A stretch of 64,000 bases of DNA from Conidiobolus incongruus B7586 (taxonomy: Eukaryota): positions 1 through 64,000 of the forward strand of contig JNEM01012718.1 of the NCBI GenBank assembly GCA_000697335.1, given 5' to 3'. Under the pieces are notes generated by a model. That model ran no database searches. It was not told where the DNA came from and saw only the letters and a list, made by a program, of their open reading frames with translations. A program made the position numbers and the translations under genes. Shown in pieces: positions 1-11,785 of this stretch. Every line of letters starts with the position of its first letter. Position 1 is the stretch's first letter.

Positions 1-617
1 AAATTTATTATTAAATAATAAAAATAGTATTTAGGTTTAAAAATCAAAATTATTATTTTAAATTTTAAAACAATAATTAATTAAAGAAACCATTGTTATT
101 ATTAAGTATCTATCTTTAATATTATAACATTCTACCAATTATTACTAATAATAATAAATTATATTAGTAGAGTATATTTTAAGTTATTAAAAAATTAATA
201 TTATATATTGATTTAAAAGAAATTCAATTGAAAAATTATTTATTTTATATGATAATAATTATATACATAAGGCAAAGATTATTAAAGGTTTGTTTATTGA
301 AAAGAGCTGACCTTTATTACCATTTCTATTATATTCACCAAATATGAATATTTATGATCATAATTGTTTTTATAAGTTAAAGAATTTGATTCAAGGAATG
401 AGATTTCATAATATTTCAACTTTATATTTCGAGATTAAAGGTGTAATTTTCAAAATAAATTATAATAACCTATATAAAAGGACCAAGCAATTACCATTAG
501 CATGGAATTCTGCTATTGAAAAACAAGGAAGTTATTAATCACTAAAATCATATTATTTTTGCTTTATCTTTTTTTAAAATATAAATCTAAAATTGGTGAA
601 CTTATTGGACCACAGTA
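1..617 (+). mobile_element. Degenerate mariner (DD34D) DNA transposon, 3' part; the left part runs off the window
   Basis: The frame from 242 reads ILYDNNYIHKAKIIKGLFIEKS*PLLPFLLYSPNMNIYDHNCFYKLKNLIQGMRF...KQLPLAWNSAIEKQGSY. This matches mariner HDNARPH...WEVLPHPPYSPDLAPSDY...LP.RW..CI...G.Y. The Asp codons at 251 and 356 are separated by exactly 34 residues. A TIR-like end ACTTATTGGACCACAG-TA lies at about 600-617. Confidence 0.8.
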
Positions 618-2467
618 TATTATAGATATTGAAGCATAATATTTTTAGGTATCTTAATTAAGTGATACAAAGAATGAATGTAATTATCTAAATAGCAATT
701 TAATGTTCTTGGTTGATTGCTGTATCTACTCTTAGCTGATTTATCTACAAAGGGACTAGGAAATATCTTTTATTAATTTTATATTCTACAATTAAAAATG
801 ATTGCGAGAAATAATATTAAAATGAAATCATAGCATATTATTTTATCTAAATATGAATCAATAATAATATTCTCTTAAACTATAGATTTTAACCATTTTA
901 TTTTCTTATGACAATATTAAAATCCCGAAAATTTCTAGTTGATTTTATCAATATTTAATAATCACAAATTGAACTCTCTTGTATTTACAAATTAGTCATA
1001 TGGTTTATTAGATCCATATGATAAGGAATTATCATGTGATGATAGAATAATATTCATTGATATCACTACAAAATTTAACTATTTAAATATTTCAAAAAAA
1101 ATTTTTTTTGTTTAATATGAAATTGTCTAAAAAATTACTTTTATATGGATTTAATCAAATTAAATCAATTTTTTATAATAAAACAAATTTCATTAGGAAA
1201 TATATCAAAAATCAAATATAGTTTGATAGGTACATATTGGAATAAAAATATAAAATTGAAGTATTAATTATTGCTTTTAGTTTACTACATAGCTCACCAT
1301 GGGTTAAGCAAAGAACATGAATTGATTGTGTAGTTTAATAACAACATCTAAGAGAATAATCTAGAAAACCAAACTAGTAGTGCTCAAATATCAATGAGCT
1401 AATCAAATATACGAAATTATGTATTTATAAGTAGACTTTGAGATATTGTGCACTCAATTCACTTTCAATGACAATGCAAAGATAGACTTTTCAATTACGA
1501 TTGACAATATTATTCAAAATTTTAAAAGAGGTTTATTATTTAATGGATTTTGTAAACTAAGTTTAATCAAAATTTTCAGTCTTTTCGTTGTAATACTAGG
1601 GTTTTCTCAAGGTATCCAAATATCATTCTATTTGTTTAATATATCATCACATATGCCATATTTACTTCAATTCTAGCTAAATTTCTTGAAATTACTCAAT
1701 CATTAATCCAATTTTTATCATTCACATTTGAAGTTTTGTATTATGTTTTGGCATTCTTTTCATTTGCTCCTGAAATTCAAGAATATTACAAATCGCCAAT
1801 GAAAGCACTATTATTACATATATTCAGTTAACAAGATAAGGTGCTATTAACAAGTAATGCATTGATCAACATTTATTTTTATATTTAGTATTAAACTATT
1901 TATAAAAGATACCAATAATCATGTTCAAATTCTAATTGATTTACAAACTTTTCAAATTGAATTTCGCTAAATTAAAATACTATGACATTTGAAAATATAA
2001 CTAAATCTTTATTAATAAGTAAATCACACCTACAGATTTAAAAATATTCAATTAATAAGTCATTTTATATACTATCAATTAAATTTATAAATCAAAAGAA
2101 AAATTAAGAGATTATGTAATTAAAATATAATAATATACTTATTAAATTAATATGAATCTTAAAAATAATAAAATAAATCTAATATAATGGTCAAATTAAT
2201 AGAATAGATGCTATTAATTATTCTTGTTTACTGAATACAAATATTTTAGTATTGATCTGAAAAAAGAATTGAATAATTTTATTATTAGTTGAGCTTAGTT
2301 ATAATAAAAATTTATAATATTGAAATGATTTTATTAAATAGCTTAAAAAGCTATAAGATAATTTCAATAATTAAATATATAATAATTATAAATAAAAAAA
2401 TAATTTAGTTAAATATAATTGAGTATTATCATAATTAAATAATCTAAAATTATTTGCTAAAATGATT

Positions 2468-2716
2468 TCAATCACTACGGAAATAGGCCATTGGAAGATT
2501 AAAGAAAGCAGGGCCAGTAGCCGCACTGGCAGCATCTTCTGCCAAAGCAGCTTCAGATACATTAATGGTAGATTCTGTGGTCTTTGATGATGCATTGCTG
2601 ACTGATGACGATGTCAATAGAGAAGAATCTGCATTAGTATTTGGTCCTTGCACTGGAGTAGAAGTAACCAGATAAGTGTAAAAGATTGTTGAAATGATAA
2701 AATTGTAGAAAATCAT
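2468..2716 (-). CDS. Small putative secreted Ser/Thr/Ala-rich protein (82 aa)
   Basis: GC-richer island in AT-rich DNA. Hydrophobic N-terminus followed by S-TPV resembles a signal peptide and cleavage site. TATAAATA lies about 70 nt upstream on the minus strand. Confidence 0.6.
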   Translation of the reverse strand: MIFYNFIISTIFYTYLVTSTPVQGPNTNADSSLLTSSSVSNASSKTTESTINVSEAALAEDAASAATGPAFFNLPMAYFRSD

Positions 2717-3592
2717 AATACTATAAACAAACTAAATACAAAATAAAACTTTTATAATTATAAATTAGTTCTACTATATGTCATATTTATATCAAAAAAT
2801 AAAATATATGATTGAATTAATATTTGAAATTTCCTATTCGGAGATTAATTCAATTATGTATTCTAAAATTTCAGACTGTTAACAATTTAAACTTTTCTAT
2901 TCAATCGTCAATTGAATTTATAAATACTTTCAATTATGCAATTTTTAATAACTATATTTATTTTGATAATAGTTCGGAATATATTGAAAACTATTTTACT
3001 ATTACTATTGTTAAAATAAACAATACAGAAACAATCTAGTATTCAATTAACAATATTTCTACAATTAGTATATACACTAAACTAATAGTTATTTTCAATA
3101 GCATATATGCCAATTATATTGCAAAATATAAACTAATTTTATCTTAGAATAATGCTCTCAGAAAAGATATTACACTAAGTATATATAATATTATATTCAA
3201 TTATGATTTATTATTTTTTTAATCTAACATTTTAAACAAAAATAATTTTATTGTTTAAAAATTAAAAATTAAACTCTTTTTAATAATAATAATAATAATT
3301 TTTTTAGGATATGAGCACCTATTTTCAATTTAGATTATAATAATATTCCTTGGTATTTATAAAATATTAAGTAATGACTAAATCAAAATTAGGGATAAGT
3401 GAATTGAATAAATGACCAATTTAATAACAATATATAAATTTTTTCTTTTTTTCAAAATTTAAATATTGAACTTGTTTTTATAATATAATTTGATGATTAA
3501 TAAAGTTAATAACCTTTATAACAATTTAATTGTAATAAATTTATTTATAATTAATTTAATAATTATATAATATATATTGCATCTGATAATGC

Positions 3593-3893
3593 TGTAACGT
3601 TGGTTGCTAGGAATTAATAAAGTAAATAGATGAAGCAGGTAAGCTACTTTTAGTCACCGACTGTACTTGTCTGAAGGCTTTATTGAGAGGATGAGAGAAT
3701 ACTGTTGTCTTGTGATATCAGTTTTTTATAGTCTAATTATCAGCTAAAAATAGTGTTTAGAGGTGAGATAGGTCTTCTAGAGAATGAGATCTTTAGAGCA
3801 GAGTGATGTGCCTTCCAGAGTAACCTCTCCCACAAGGAAATAGATGGCGAGGCAAAGTTGATTGCGCGAGTTACTGTCTAGGCAACCATAATA
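3593..3893 (-). mobile_element. Solo LTR-like element (about 301 bp)
   Basis: GC-richer block. The minus strand begins TATTATGGTTGCCTAG (a mutated TG start) and ends CTAGCAACCAACGTTACA, giving imperfect inverted termini. Internal order is TATAAAA, CT-rich tract, AATAAA. No clean target-site duplication. Confidence 0.6.
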
Positions 3894-4683
3894 TATTCCA
3901 AGAATGGATAACAAAAAATTATAAACTATGATAATGATTAAAGCTGATTAATATTAATGTTATATATATACAATTGAATTCTAATATTAAAAAGATATTA
4001 TTTTTGATTAATTAGTTTATAAATTGTAATTTATCATTTTAAATACAAGGGCAATATTTTCTATTGCAGTATTAAATAAAGCTAATTGATTCATAAGTTG
4101 TTATTGAATTATTTAGTACTTTTAATAGACAATAAATGTATTAATAGGTCAGTATTCATATGTAATTATAATTGATAAAGTTGATTATTATAGATTAAAT
4201 ATCTTTCCTTGAATTTTTATATTTTTCACAAAAATTCTTTAAATATAATTATAAATTAACAGGTTCAAATTTTGTAAAATTAAAAAATTTAACATAAATT
4301 ATATTGAAATTAAATTTTGTTAACTTATTAATTAGTTATGATAGTTTAGTCTTTTAATTGTTATAAATGCAATGAACTATATAACTACTAGTAACTCTAA
4401 TTTTATCAATATAACTACTAAATCAATAACTATAAAAGTTTGATTATACTTTCATATGATTATAATTTATAAAAAAATGGTGTGAAAAATATCCAATCAA
4501 ATATAATGAGATGATTAATGTGTTAATATTGATGTCATCAGCATTGATAATTTAAAATTGGATATAAATACCACATCTCACATTATTTCCAAATTTTAAA
4601 TTCAATTTTTAATTTTATAATAATTTTAAAACATAATAACTAAGTATTAAGGACTTATTACTATTGCTAAAGTAACTTTCAAC

Positions 4684-5737
4684 ATGTCAGAGCCCTATTT
4701 AGAAACCGAAGAAGCTAGTTCTATTTCTTTAAAATTACAATTGGAAAAAGTTTATGAATTTGTTGATAGTAGTAAAGTAATTAGAAATATCAAACATGAA
4801 CTAATCATATATTAATATTTTAAAAGCTTGTGTTTTTGACCTATGTGAATAGCGAAGGACATATTAAAACTAAGACAGTCCCAATTTATAAAAGATTTAA
4901 TGGGGTTGATTTATGGTAATTTGGCAATTTTAAGTTTTGCTACATTATTAATTTTATTCAGGCTGTTTATCTCCAAAGAAAATTTTAACTTGGATCATGT
5001 AAAATAATTGTTTAACTTTATTTATTATGTATTATTTATTAATATAATTTTTACCTTAGATTAACAACAAAATTTTAAGCGTGACTTTTGTTAATGAAAA
5101 TACTGGCGAATGGGTTACTTATAATGGTACTGCTGATTTAGAATCTGATTTTGAAATCATTCAATCGATTTTAAAAAATCAATTTCAAGTAATATTTTAA
5201 TTTATAAATTTTATTACGATTGAAAAATGCTTATATTCATAATAATTAGAAAGCTGTATACAATACAACCAACCAAATACTTTATTATTGGACTAAAGCT
5301 TATAACAACATATGTAAATTTACTCAACAAACATTGAATAAATTATCATTCAATGAAGCATCCGATGAATCAAAAGAGAAGCCTACTCAAGATGAATCAA
5401 CTCCAGCCCCAGTTCCTAGTCAATTGCTTTTATTGAAATTTCAGTCAATGTCAATTCAAACTAATTTTGTTGAACCAAAATTAATTAATAGAATTTATCA
5501 AGCGGCTAAAGGTACATAAAACAATAAAAATAATAATAATAATAATTTCATCAAAAGTTTTAACAATTTAATTTTAGGATCTTTAATTGGCGAGAGCACA
5601 AAGGTAACTACATTTTTAATTTTGATATTCAGTATATTTAATAATAAATTTAGGTCATGGTTATTGGCGAATTGACCCTTAATCAATTGAATTTAGCACG
5701 ACAAATTGAAACCCCTTTGATTAAATCCAAATTATAA
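4684..5737 (+). CDS. BLI-3-like / pyridoxamine 5'-phosphate oxidase-like general stress protein, multi-exon
   Basis: Manual splicing over about 6 introns gives MSEPYLETEE...LVFLTYVNSEGHIKTK...GVDLWLF...SVTFVNENTGEWVTYNGTAD...AAKGSLIGESTKVMVIGEL. This resembles the BLI-3 segments GVDL, GEW.S.SG and the C-terminal KG...GE. Confidence 0.6.
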
Positions 5738-5845
5738 AATAAATTTATTATCCTATATTTCATCAAAGTTAATATTTTTGCTATTTTGACTAATACTATA
5801 GCTAGAATTGAAATAGTGAAATTTATCTATCAAATTTATTAAATT

Positions 5846-7091
5846 TTATAATTGAGGCTTTGAACCAGTTAATTTTTCATAAACTTCAATATATTTCTGT
5901 AAGGTTTGTTCAACAACATAATCGGGTAGAGTAACCTTTTGTTCTAAATTGCTCTTATCGATATTAATGGATTCCAAATAATTTCTAACAATTTGCTTAT
6001 CATAGCTAAGAAATTAAATTAGCTATTATATATTAAAATATTTTTTGTTTGAAATCATACCTATTTTGACCAGTTCCAGGAGTGTATGAATCTAGAGGCC
6101 AGAATCTTGAAGAATCGGGAGTTAAAACTTCGTCAGCTAAGTGTAAGACACCATTGGAGTCAACACCAAATTCGAATTTGGTATCGGCAATGATAATTCC
6201 TTTGCTACGAGCATATTCAGCAGCCTAAATATTAATTGATTATGATTATATTCAAAATATAAGAAACAAATATTAATTACTTTAGTATAAATCTTTAAAG
6301 CAGCTTCTTCAAGAGCTTTGGCTTTTTCTTCCCCAACAATTTCAGCAACTACAATTATTACAATTAATAAATAATGATAAAAATAACCTAGTTGAAAATA
6401 CCTTTGCTAGGATGGATATTTTCATCTAAAAGTAGTTGATTTAGAAAAGTATAATATATATATATACTTTAGTTAAATATTACCATGTTCTCCAATTTCA
6501 GCCTTAGTACTTGGAGTGAAGAGAGGGGCATCTAATTGATCAGATTCTCTAAGACCAGCCTTTAAAGGAATATCACAAATAGTTCCCTTGGCTTTGTATT
6601 CCTTCCAACCAGAACCTAGTAATATTGATCCAAGTTTAGTAAAAAAGTAGTCAAGTGTATCCACTCGTGTTACCTGAAATATAACCTCTGACAATAGCTT
6701 CAACAGGCAAAATATTAAGACTTTTAATTAATAAAGAGCGTCCTTCTAATTGATCGCGATATTGCTGAACTTTAGCAGGCATTTTGTTGATATCGTGGGT
6801 GATCAAATGATTTGGTAAAACATCTTTCAAAAATTCGAACCAAAAGACACTCAATTGAGTCAATACTTTTCCTTTGTTCACGATACCCTAATTCGAATAA
6901 AAATGAGCATAACAAAATCTCTGACTTGATTTATATTAAATTACATTTTCCAAGATAATATCAAAAGCACTAATTCTGTCAGTGGCAACTAATAATAATT
7001 GATTTTCGTCAACTCTATAAATATCTCTGACCTTACCGCGACTGATTAATTCCAAATCGGGGCAGTTGGAGGTTAATACTAAAGAACTCAT
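5846..7091 (-). CDS. ADE1: SAICAR synthetase, multi-exon
   Basis: Motifs [65 protein letters not shown] and [12 protein letters not shown] across GT-AG spliced exons. Confidence 0.97.
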
Positions 7092-7181
7092 TGTACTATT
7101 GATAAATTATATTTTAAATTATAGTTAACTTAAATTTGCTTTAAGATTCGTTTATAAAATGATCGTACATTTTATAAACTC

Positions 7182-7187
7182 TGACTC
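7182..7187 (+). promoter_or_regulatory. TGACTC site (Gcn4/Bas1-type) in the ADE1 promoter
   Basis: TGACTC lies about 90 nt upstream of the ADE1 ATG. The same hexamer regulates yeast ADE genes. Confidence 0.4.
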
Positions 7188-7948
7188 TGCTCAGGATTAT
7201 GGGTTAAAATTAAATTTAATACACTGTGATAATGTACCACATTAAATGGTTAATTAGGTAAAGATCAAAATATTAATATTCCCTCATTGATCATAAATGA
7301 AATAAACCAATTTATCATTTATTAAATGTGAATATAGTATGGAACTACTTTGTATACAAAATTAAGCATTGTTGAGAGCAATAACTACGATTCTATTTCT
7401 AAATATTTTCAAATTTTTTTCCCTAATAAATAATTTTTTAAAATAGAATGATTTAAAATATGGTGTTGGAAAATTTAAAAATTAACTAATATTGAAATTT
7501 TTCATTATTATATTGTAATAAAATTATCAAGAACGCTAACACATAATAGTTAATTTTAAATATTATTATAACAAATTTTTTATATATAAATTTGATTCAA
7601 CTTCAAAATTTGGTTAATGGATATTGGATCATTCATTCAAAATATCCTCTTAAATATAATATATATAATTAATACAAATAAAATTAATAAAAAAAATATC
7701 ATTATTTTTTACTATTGATTATATCAATATAGAACAAATTTTCTAGATTTAATAATAAAACTCAAATTTTAGTCCCATAAATAAAATTTTTAATTTTTTA
7801 AATAAAAGAATTAGTTATATGTGATGTGTAAAGTTATTTAAATATTTAAAAAAATAAATTTTAATTGAATTTACCTTTATTAAATAATAATTTGATTACA
7901 TTTTAAATAATTTATCAACTTTATAAAAACAATTGAAATTGTACAAAA

Positions 7949-8732
7949 ATGTTCTTCTTAGTAAGATTATTATGTTAATTCATTATTAAATATCAAATAC
8001 TTATATTATATCAAAGAAAGATATGACTCATACCATTCAGTTACCTCCATCTTATTTTGGACCTGGAATAAGAAAGTTTGTAGAACAAAAATTACATAAG
8101 GACGTTGAAGGAACTTGTTCTGATCAATATGGTTATATTATATCTGTGGTCTCGATTTCTAAAGTGAGTCAGGGCAAATTAATTCCAGGAGCTGGTCAAG
8201 CTGAGTACACTGTTAACTACTCTGCAGTCGTTTTAAAACCTTTTAAAGGCGAAGTCTTAGATGCTATTGTTATTTCAATCACTAAGGTATTATACAATTA
8301 AATTAATTAACAAGATTTTTATTAATGTTTTTTAACTAGACTGGCTTCTTTGCTGAAATGGGTCCTCTAAAAATTTTCGTATCTTTATCTGTAATATTTT
8401 TTTTCCTAGAATTATTGAAATGAATTAATATTAAATCTTTTTTAGAATATTCCCGAAGAATTAGAATATAATGCTGAATCTTCTTCATTCCAATCTGAAG
8501 ATCAGGTAAACACAAATAAAATTTATTGTACTAGTATTTTATACTAATGTATTCATAATAGGTCATTGAAAACGGATCTCCAGTTCGTCTTAAAATCTTA
8601 GGTATTAGAACAGATGCTACAGAATTGGTAAATTAATCACATTACTATATCTGATCATGGTATTAAATCAATCTTTTTTAGTATATTATTGGAACTATCA
8701 AAGAAGATTATTTGGGTGCTATTTCATTCTAA
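7949..8732 (+). CDS. RPB7: RNA polymerase II subunit Rpb7, multi-exon
   Basis: MFFL|KDMTHTIQLPPSYFGP...VEGTCSDQYGYII...KPFKGEVLDAIV...GFFAEMGPLKIFVS...IGTIKEDYLG. Confidence 0.97.
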
Positions 8733-9435
8733 TCTTATAAAGGTTTTGTACAAATGAATTTATATTTATGCTTTAAAATTCATTTCTCGACCTGATTAAA
8801 TTTCTTTTTTAAATATTGTGATTTTCAATAAATTAATTGTAATTTTATTTAACCTTATTATGGATCAAGATTAATTTATACTAGCGATCGCTGGAATTAT
8901 ATATATTTTCAATATTACTCTTACTTAAGCAAATATGAAATCTAAAGTCGATAATAGTATATTTAATATAAAAAACACTCAAATCTAAGCTCTATTATAA
9001 TGAATCACGCTTCAATCATTTTTTCAATTACTTGTCTCTTAACATTTTTTATATTCAAAAATCTTTTCTTATTATATAAATTCAATAGCATTTGATGTAA
9101 TCTTTTAAACATCTATTTAGTATTAACTTATTTATATACACTTAAATTTGATTATCATAGTAAAAATTTGAAAATATTCAAAATTGGCTCTACATTGCAC
9201 GCTAATATTAAAAACCACTTTACATAATTCTACACAAATATATAATTAATAGAGTTACTCAATTATTTACAATATTTGATATAAAAAAGTAACACTATTC
9301 ACCATTCTAAATATTTAAAATAGTCCCATAATCAATTTATTATAATTATTTTAATATATTTAATTGTCAACCTGTCCCCATATTTTTTTATAAAAATTAT
9401 ATAAATCATTTAATTAATTTGTGAAGTTTAACTTA

Positions 9436-10415
9436 ATGGATATTCAATACCAACCTAGTTTAGGGGAATTAAAAGATATTATTTTTAATGAATTAAAAAA
9501 GTAAGGTTATTCATTAAAATAATTACAAATTTATAAACTATTATTTAGCATTTTGGACAATGAGAGATTGCTGATTGGTATTTACGGTAACTATGCATGT
9601 TCACACTTCAATATCTTTGTTGATCATTTCGATTAGGTATTCCTGGGAGTGGTAAGACTACCTTAAGTTTAAAGTTAAAGGATTATTTAAATCAAACTGG
9701 CGAAATCTGCCAATTAATTCCAATGGATGGTTATCATCTCTATAAATACGAATTAAGTCAATTTGAAGTAATAATAATTAGTTCAGTTATTACATGATAC
9801 ATTAATTATTATATTTTAATAGAATTATAAAGAAATGTTTGCAAGAAGGGGTGCACATTTTACTTTTAATCCATCGAGTAAATTTTAATATTAAGACTTT
9901 TTAGATTTTATAATTAATGATTGCTAGAATTGTTGGAGTTAATCAAAAAGTTAAAAATGCCGATTGATAATAATGTTAACTACTATGCCCCTTCATTCGA
10001 TCATTCTGTTGGTGATCCTATTGAAAATGATATCGAAATTTTACCAAGGTAAACTAAACAAATCATAATACTTCATATCATATATTGGTTATATTATATA
10101 GTCATAAAATAATTATTATCGAGGGGTTATATTTGGGATTGAATCTTGGTGAATGGATTGAAATTAATTCTCACTTGAATTTAAAATGGTTTTTGAACTG
10201 TGATATGAATATATGTAAATCAAGGCTTATAAAGAGACATTTATTAAGTGGAATAGGTAATTAGATATGCTTGAAATAGTATGTGACAATACTCATTTTT
10301 GTATATTATAGAAGCTGATGAAAAATCTGCTGAAAAGAGAGCAGTTGAAAACGATTTAGAAAATGGAAAATTTATTATTCAAAACTCCAAAAATTCGGAT
10401 TTGATTATAAAATAA
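9436..10415 (+). CDS. YFH7: P-loop kinase of the YFH7 / phosphoribulokinase-uridine kinase family, multi-exon
   Basis: Spliced translation contains GIPGSGKTT (Walker A), PMDGYHL, ARRGAHFTF, APSFDHSVGDP, IIIEGLYL, RLIKRH and ENDLENG. Confidence 0.85.
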
Positions 10416-10433
10416 AATGTTGTTACCAAAAAA

Positions 10434-10506
10434 TGCTCTCATAAGGGATCGGACCTGTGACCTTGCCTTTTTTCCACCATGCTCTAACTAACAGAGCTAT
10501 GAAAAC
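10434..10506 (-). pseudogene. Decayed tRNA gene, probably tRNA-Ile(AAT)
   Basis: Minus strand GTTTTCATAGCTCTGTTAGTTAGAGCATGGTGGAAAAAAGGCAAGGTCACAGGTCCGATCCCTTATGAGAGCA followed by TTTTTT. The A box, mutated B box and acceptor stem are recognisable. The anticodon arm is destroyed. Confidence 0.7.
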
Positions 10507-11143
10507 CAATTGTTGAAATCTAAAGCTCTATAAGTTAGTTTGTCAATAAATATTTTTATTCAATTTACATTTTTTAATGCTTTTGATTTCACTTCCACTT
10601 TAACTTTTTTGCATATTTCTCATTATAATACAATATATCGTTAACAAATTTCATTTATTATCCTTTTTTTATCTATTTACAGTTTGTCAATCACCAAATG
10701 TCTTCATACTTAAAAAGCTCAATCTTCCTTAATTATTATATAATAATTTTCTATAAAATTAATTCTGATACATCTGATTTATTGAATTCAAAATTTATAA
10801 AATTTAATTTATTAATACATTTTATAACGTATAGGTTGCTTAAACAATTTTATCTAGATCATAATGACAAAATGAATTTTTGGTTTTATGAGTTTAAAAT
10901 TTTCATTTTTATTAATTAATTTCAATCAATTTTAATTTGTGAACCATACACATTTGAGAAAAATGTCAAATTTTAAAATTTAGTTAATATATAAATAATA
11001 AAACGAATTTGAATAATTATGAATAATATTTAAAACTGTAAGGAGTAATAACAGGATAAACTATTAAAGAAATAATGAAAATTTTGAAGAATAAAATGTT
11101 CAGATATAAAACAATAATTAAAAGAAAATATTTTTATAAGCAA

Positions 11144-11214
11144 TGCCGTTGCGCGGAATCGAACCGCGGTCTGAGCGGCCACAACGCTTCGTACTACCAC
11201 TATACTACAACGGC
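11144..11214 (-). tRNA. tRNA-His(GTG)
   Basis: GCCGTTGTAGTATAGTGGTAGTACGAAGCGTTGTGGCCGCTCAGACCGCGGTTCGATTCCGCGCAACGGCA. Perfect acceptor stem GCCGTTG/CAACGGC, T loop GGTTCGATTCC and anticodon GTG. Confidence 0.96.
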
Positions 11215-11224
11215 TCATTATCAG

Positions 11225-11780
11225 TGTCACGGTTATTAGCTCTTGGAGCGTCATTGAGGACACTGACACAGCCATTCTGTAGGCCAGATTGTGAAACATG
11301 ATACCTACCAGCTGGGGTAAACTACCAATGATCAGATCTCTGGCTATTCGGCCTTGATCACTTGTAAATGGGGCTTTGTACAGAGCGACTAGACCAGCAG
11401 CAACAGTGGCGGCGTTAGGATCCGACATGCTAAAAGATGGAATCAAGGAATATCAATAGGAACGGGTTTAGAAGGATTAGTGTAAAATGACTCAAGTGGA
11501 ACTATGAGCAGTTACTTGAGTATACCAAAAGGGTTGGCTTTGGATGTAGGAAAAAGGTTTATTAATGTAAGAAAGTAAGGTAAGAGAGAGAGATCAAGAA
11601 GGGAGCCGAGCCCTTCTTATACTTAAGTGAAATATATAGGCATAAGTATGCACGGATGAGTAACAGTGAGGTCACTCAGACGTGGACTGGTAAAATGTTG
11701 ATAAGGCCTAATTTGGTTAATCAGGTACTTAATAGTAAATTGGAGTGAAGAAAGGTATCAATTAGGTAGCAATCGTCACA
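11225..11780 (-). mobile_element. Solo LTR, family A, copy 1 (556 bp)
   Basis: Runs TGTCACGG...CGTCACA, flanked by ATCAG at 11220-11224 and 11781-11785. The minus strand has TATAAGAA, a CT-rich tract and AATAAA. Confidence 0.88.
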
Positions 11781-11785
11781 ATCAG

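Noticed and set aside
1300..1900. Possible pseudogene or 76-aa ORF at 1446-1676
   Set aside because: Slightly higher complexity, but no recognisable motif in the frames I read, and multiple stops.
2824..3039. Short AT-rich ORFs (also 10698-10919, 47436-47738 and 53403-53588)
   Set aside because: Their F/I/L/N/Y/K-rich composition is what chance ORFs in AT-rich DNA look like, and several lack an ATG start.
11030..11446. 138-aa ORF as a host gene
   Set aside because: It is the LTR-internal ORF reading through ATCAG and across the tRNA-His gene into AT-rich flank, so it is a chimeric frame.
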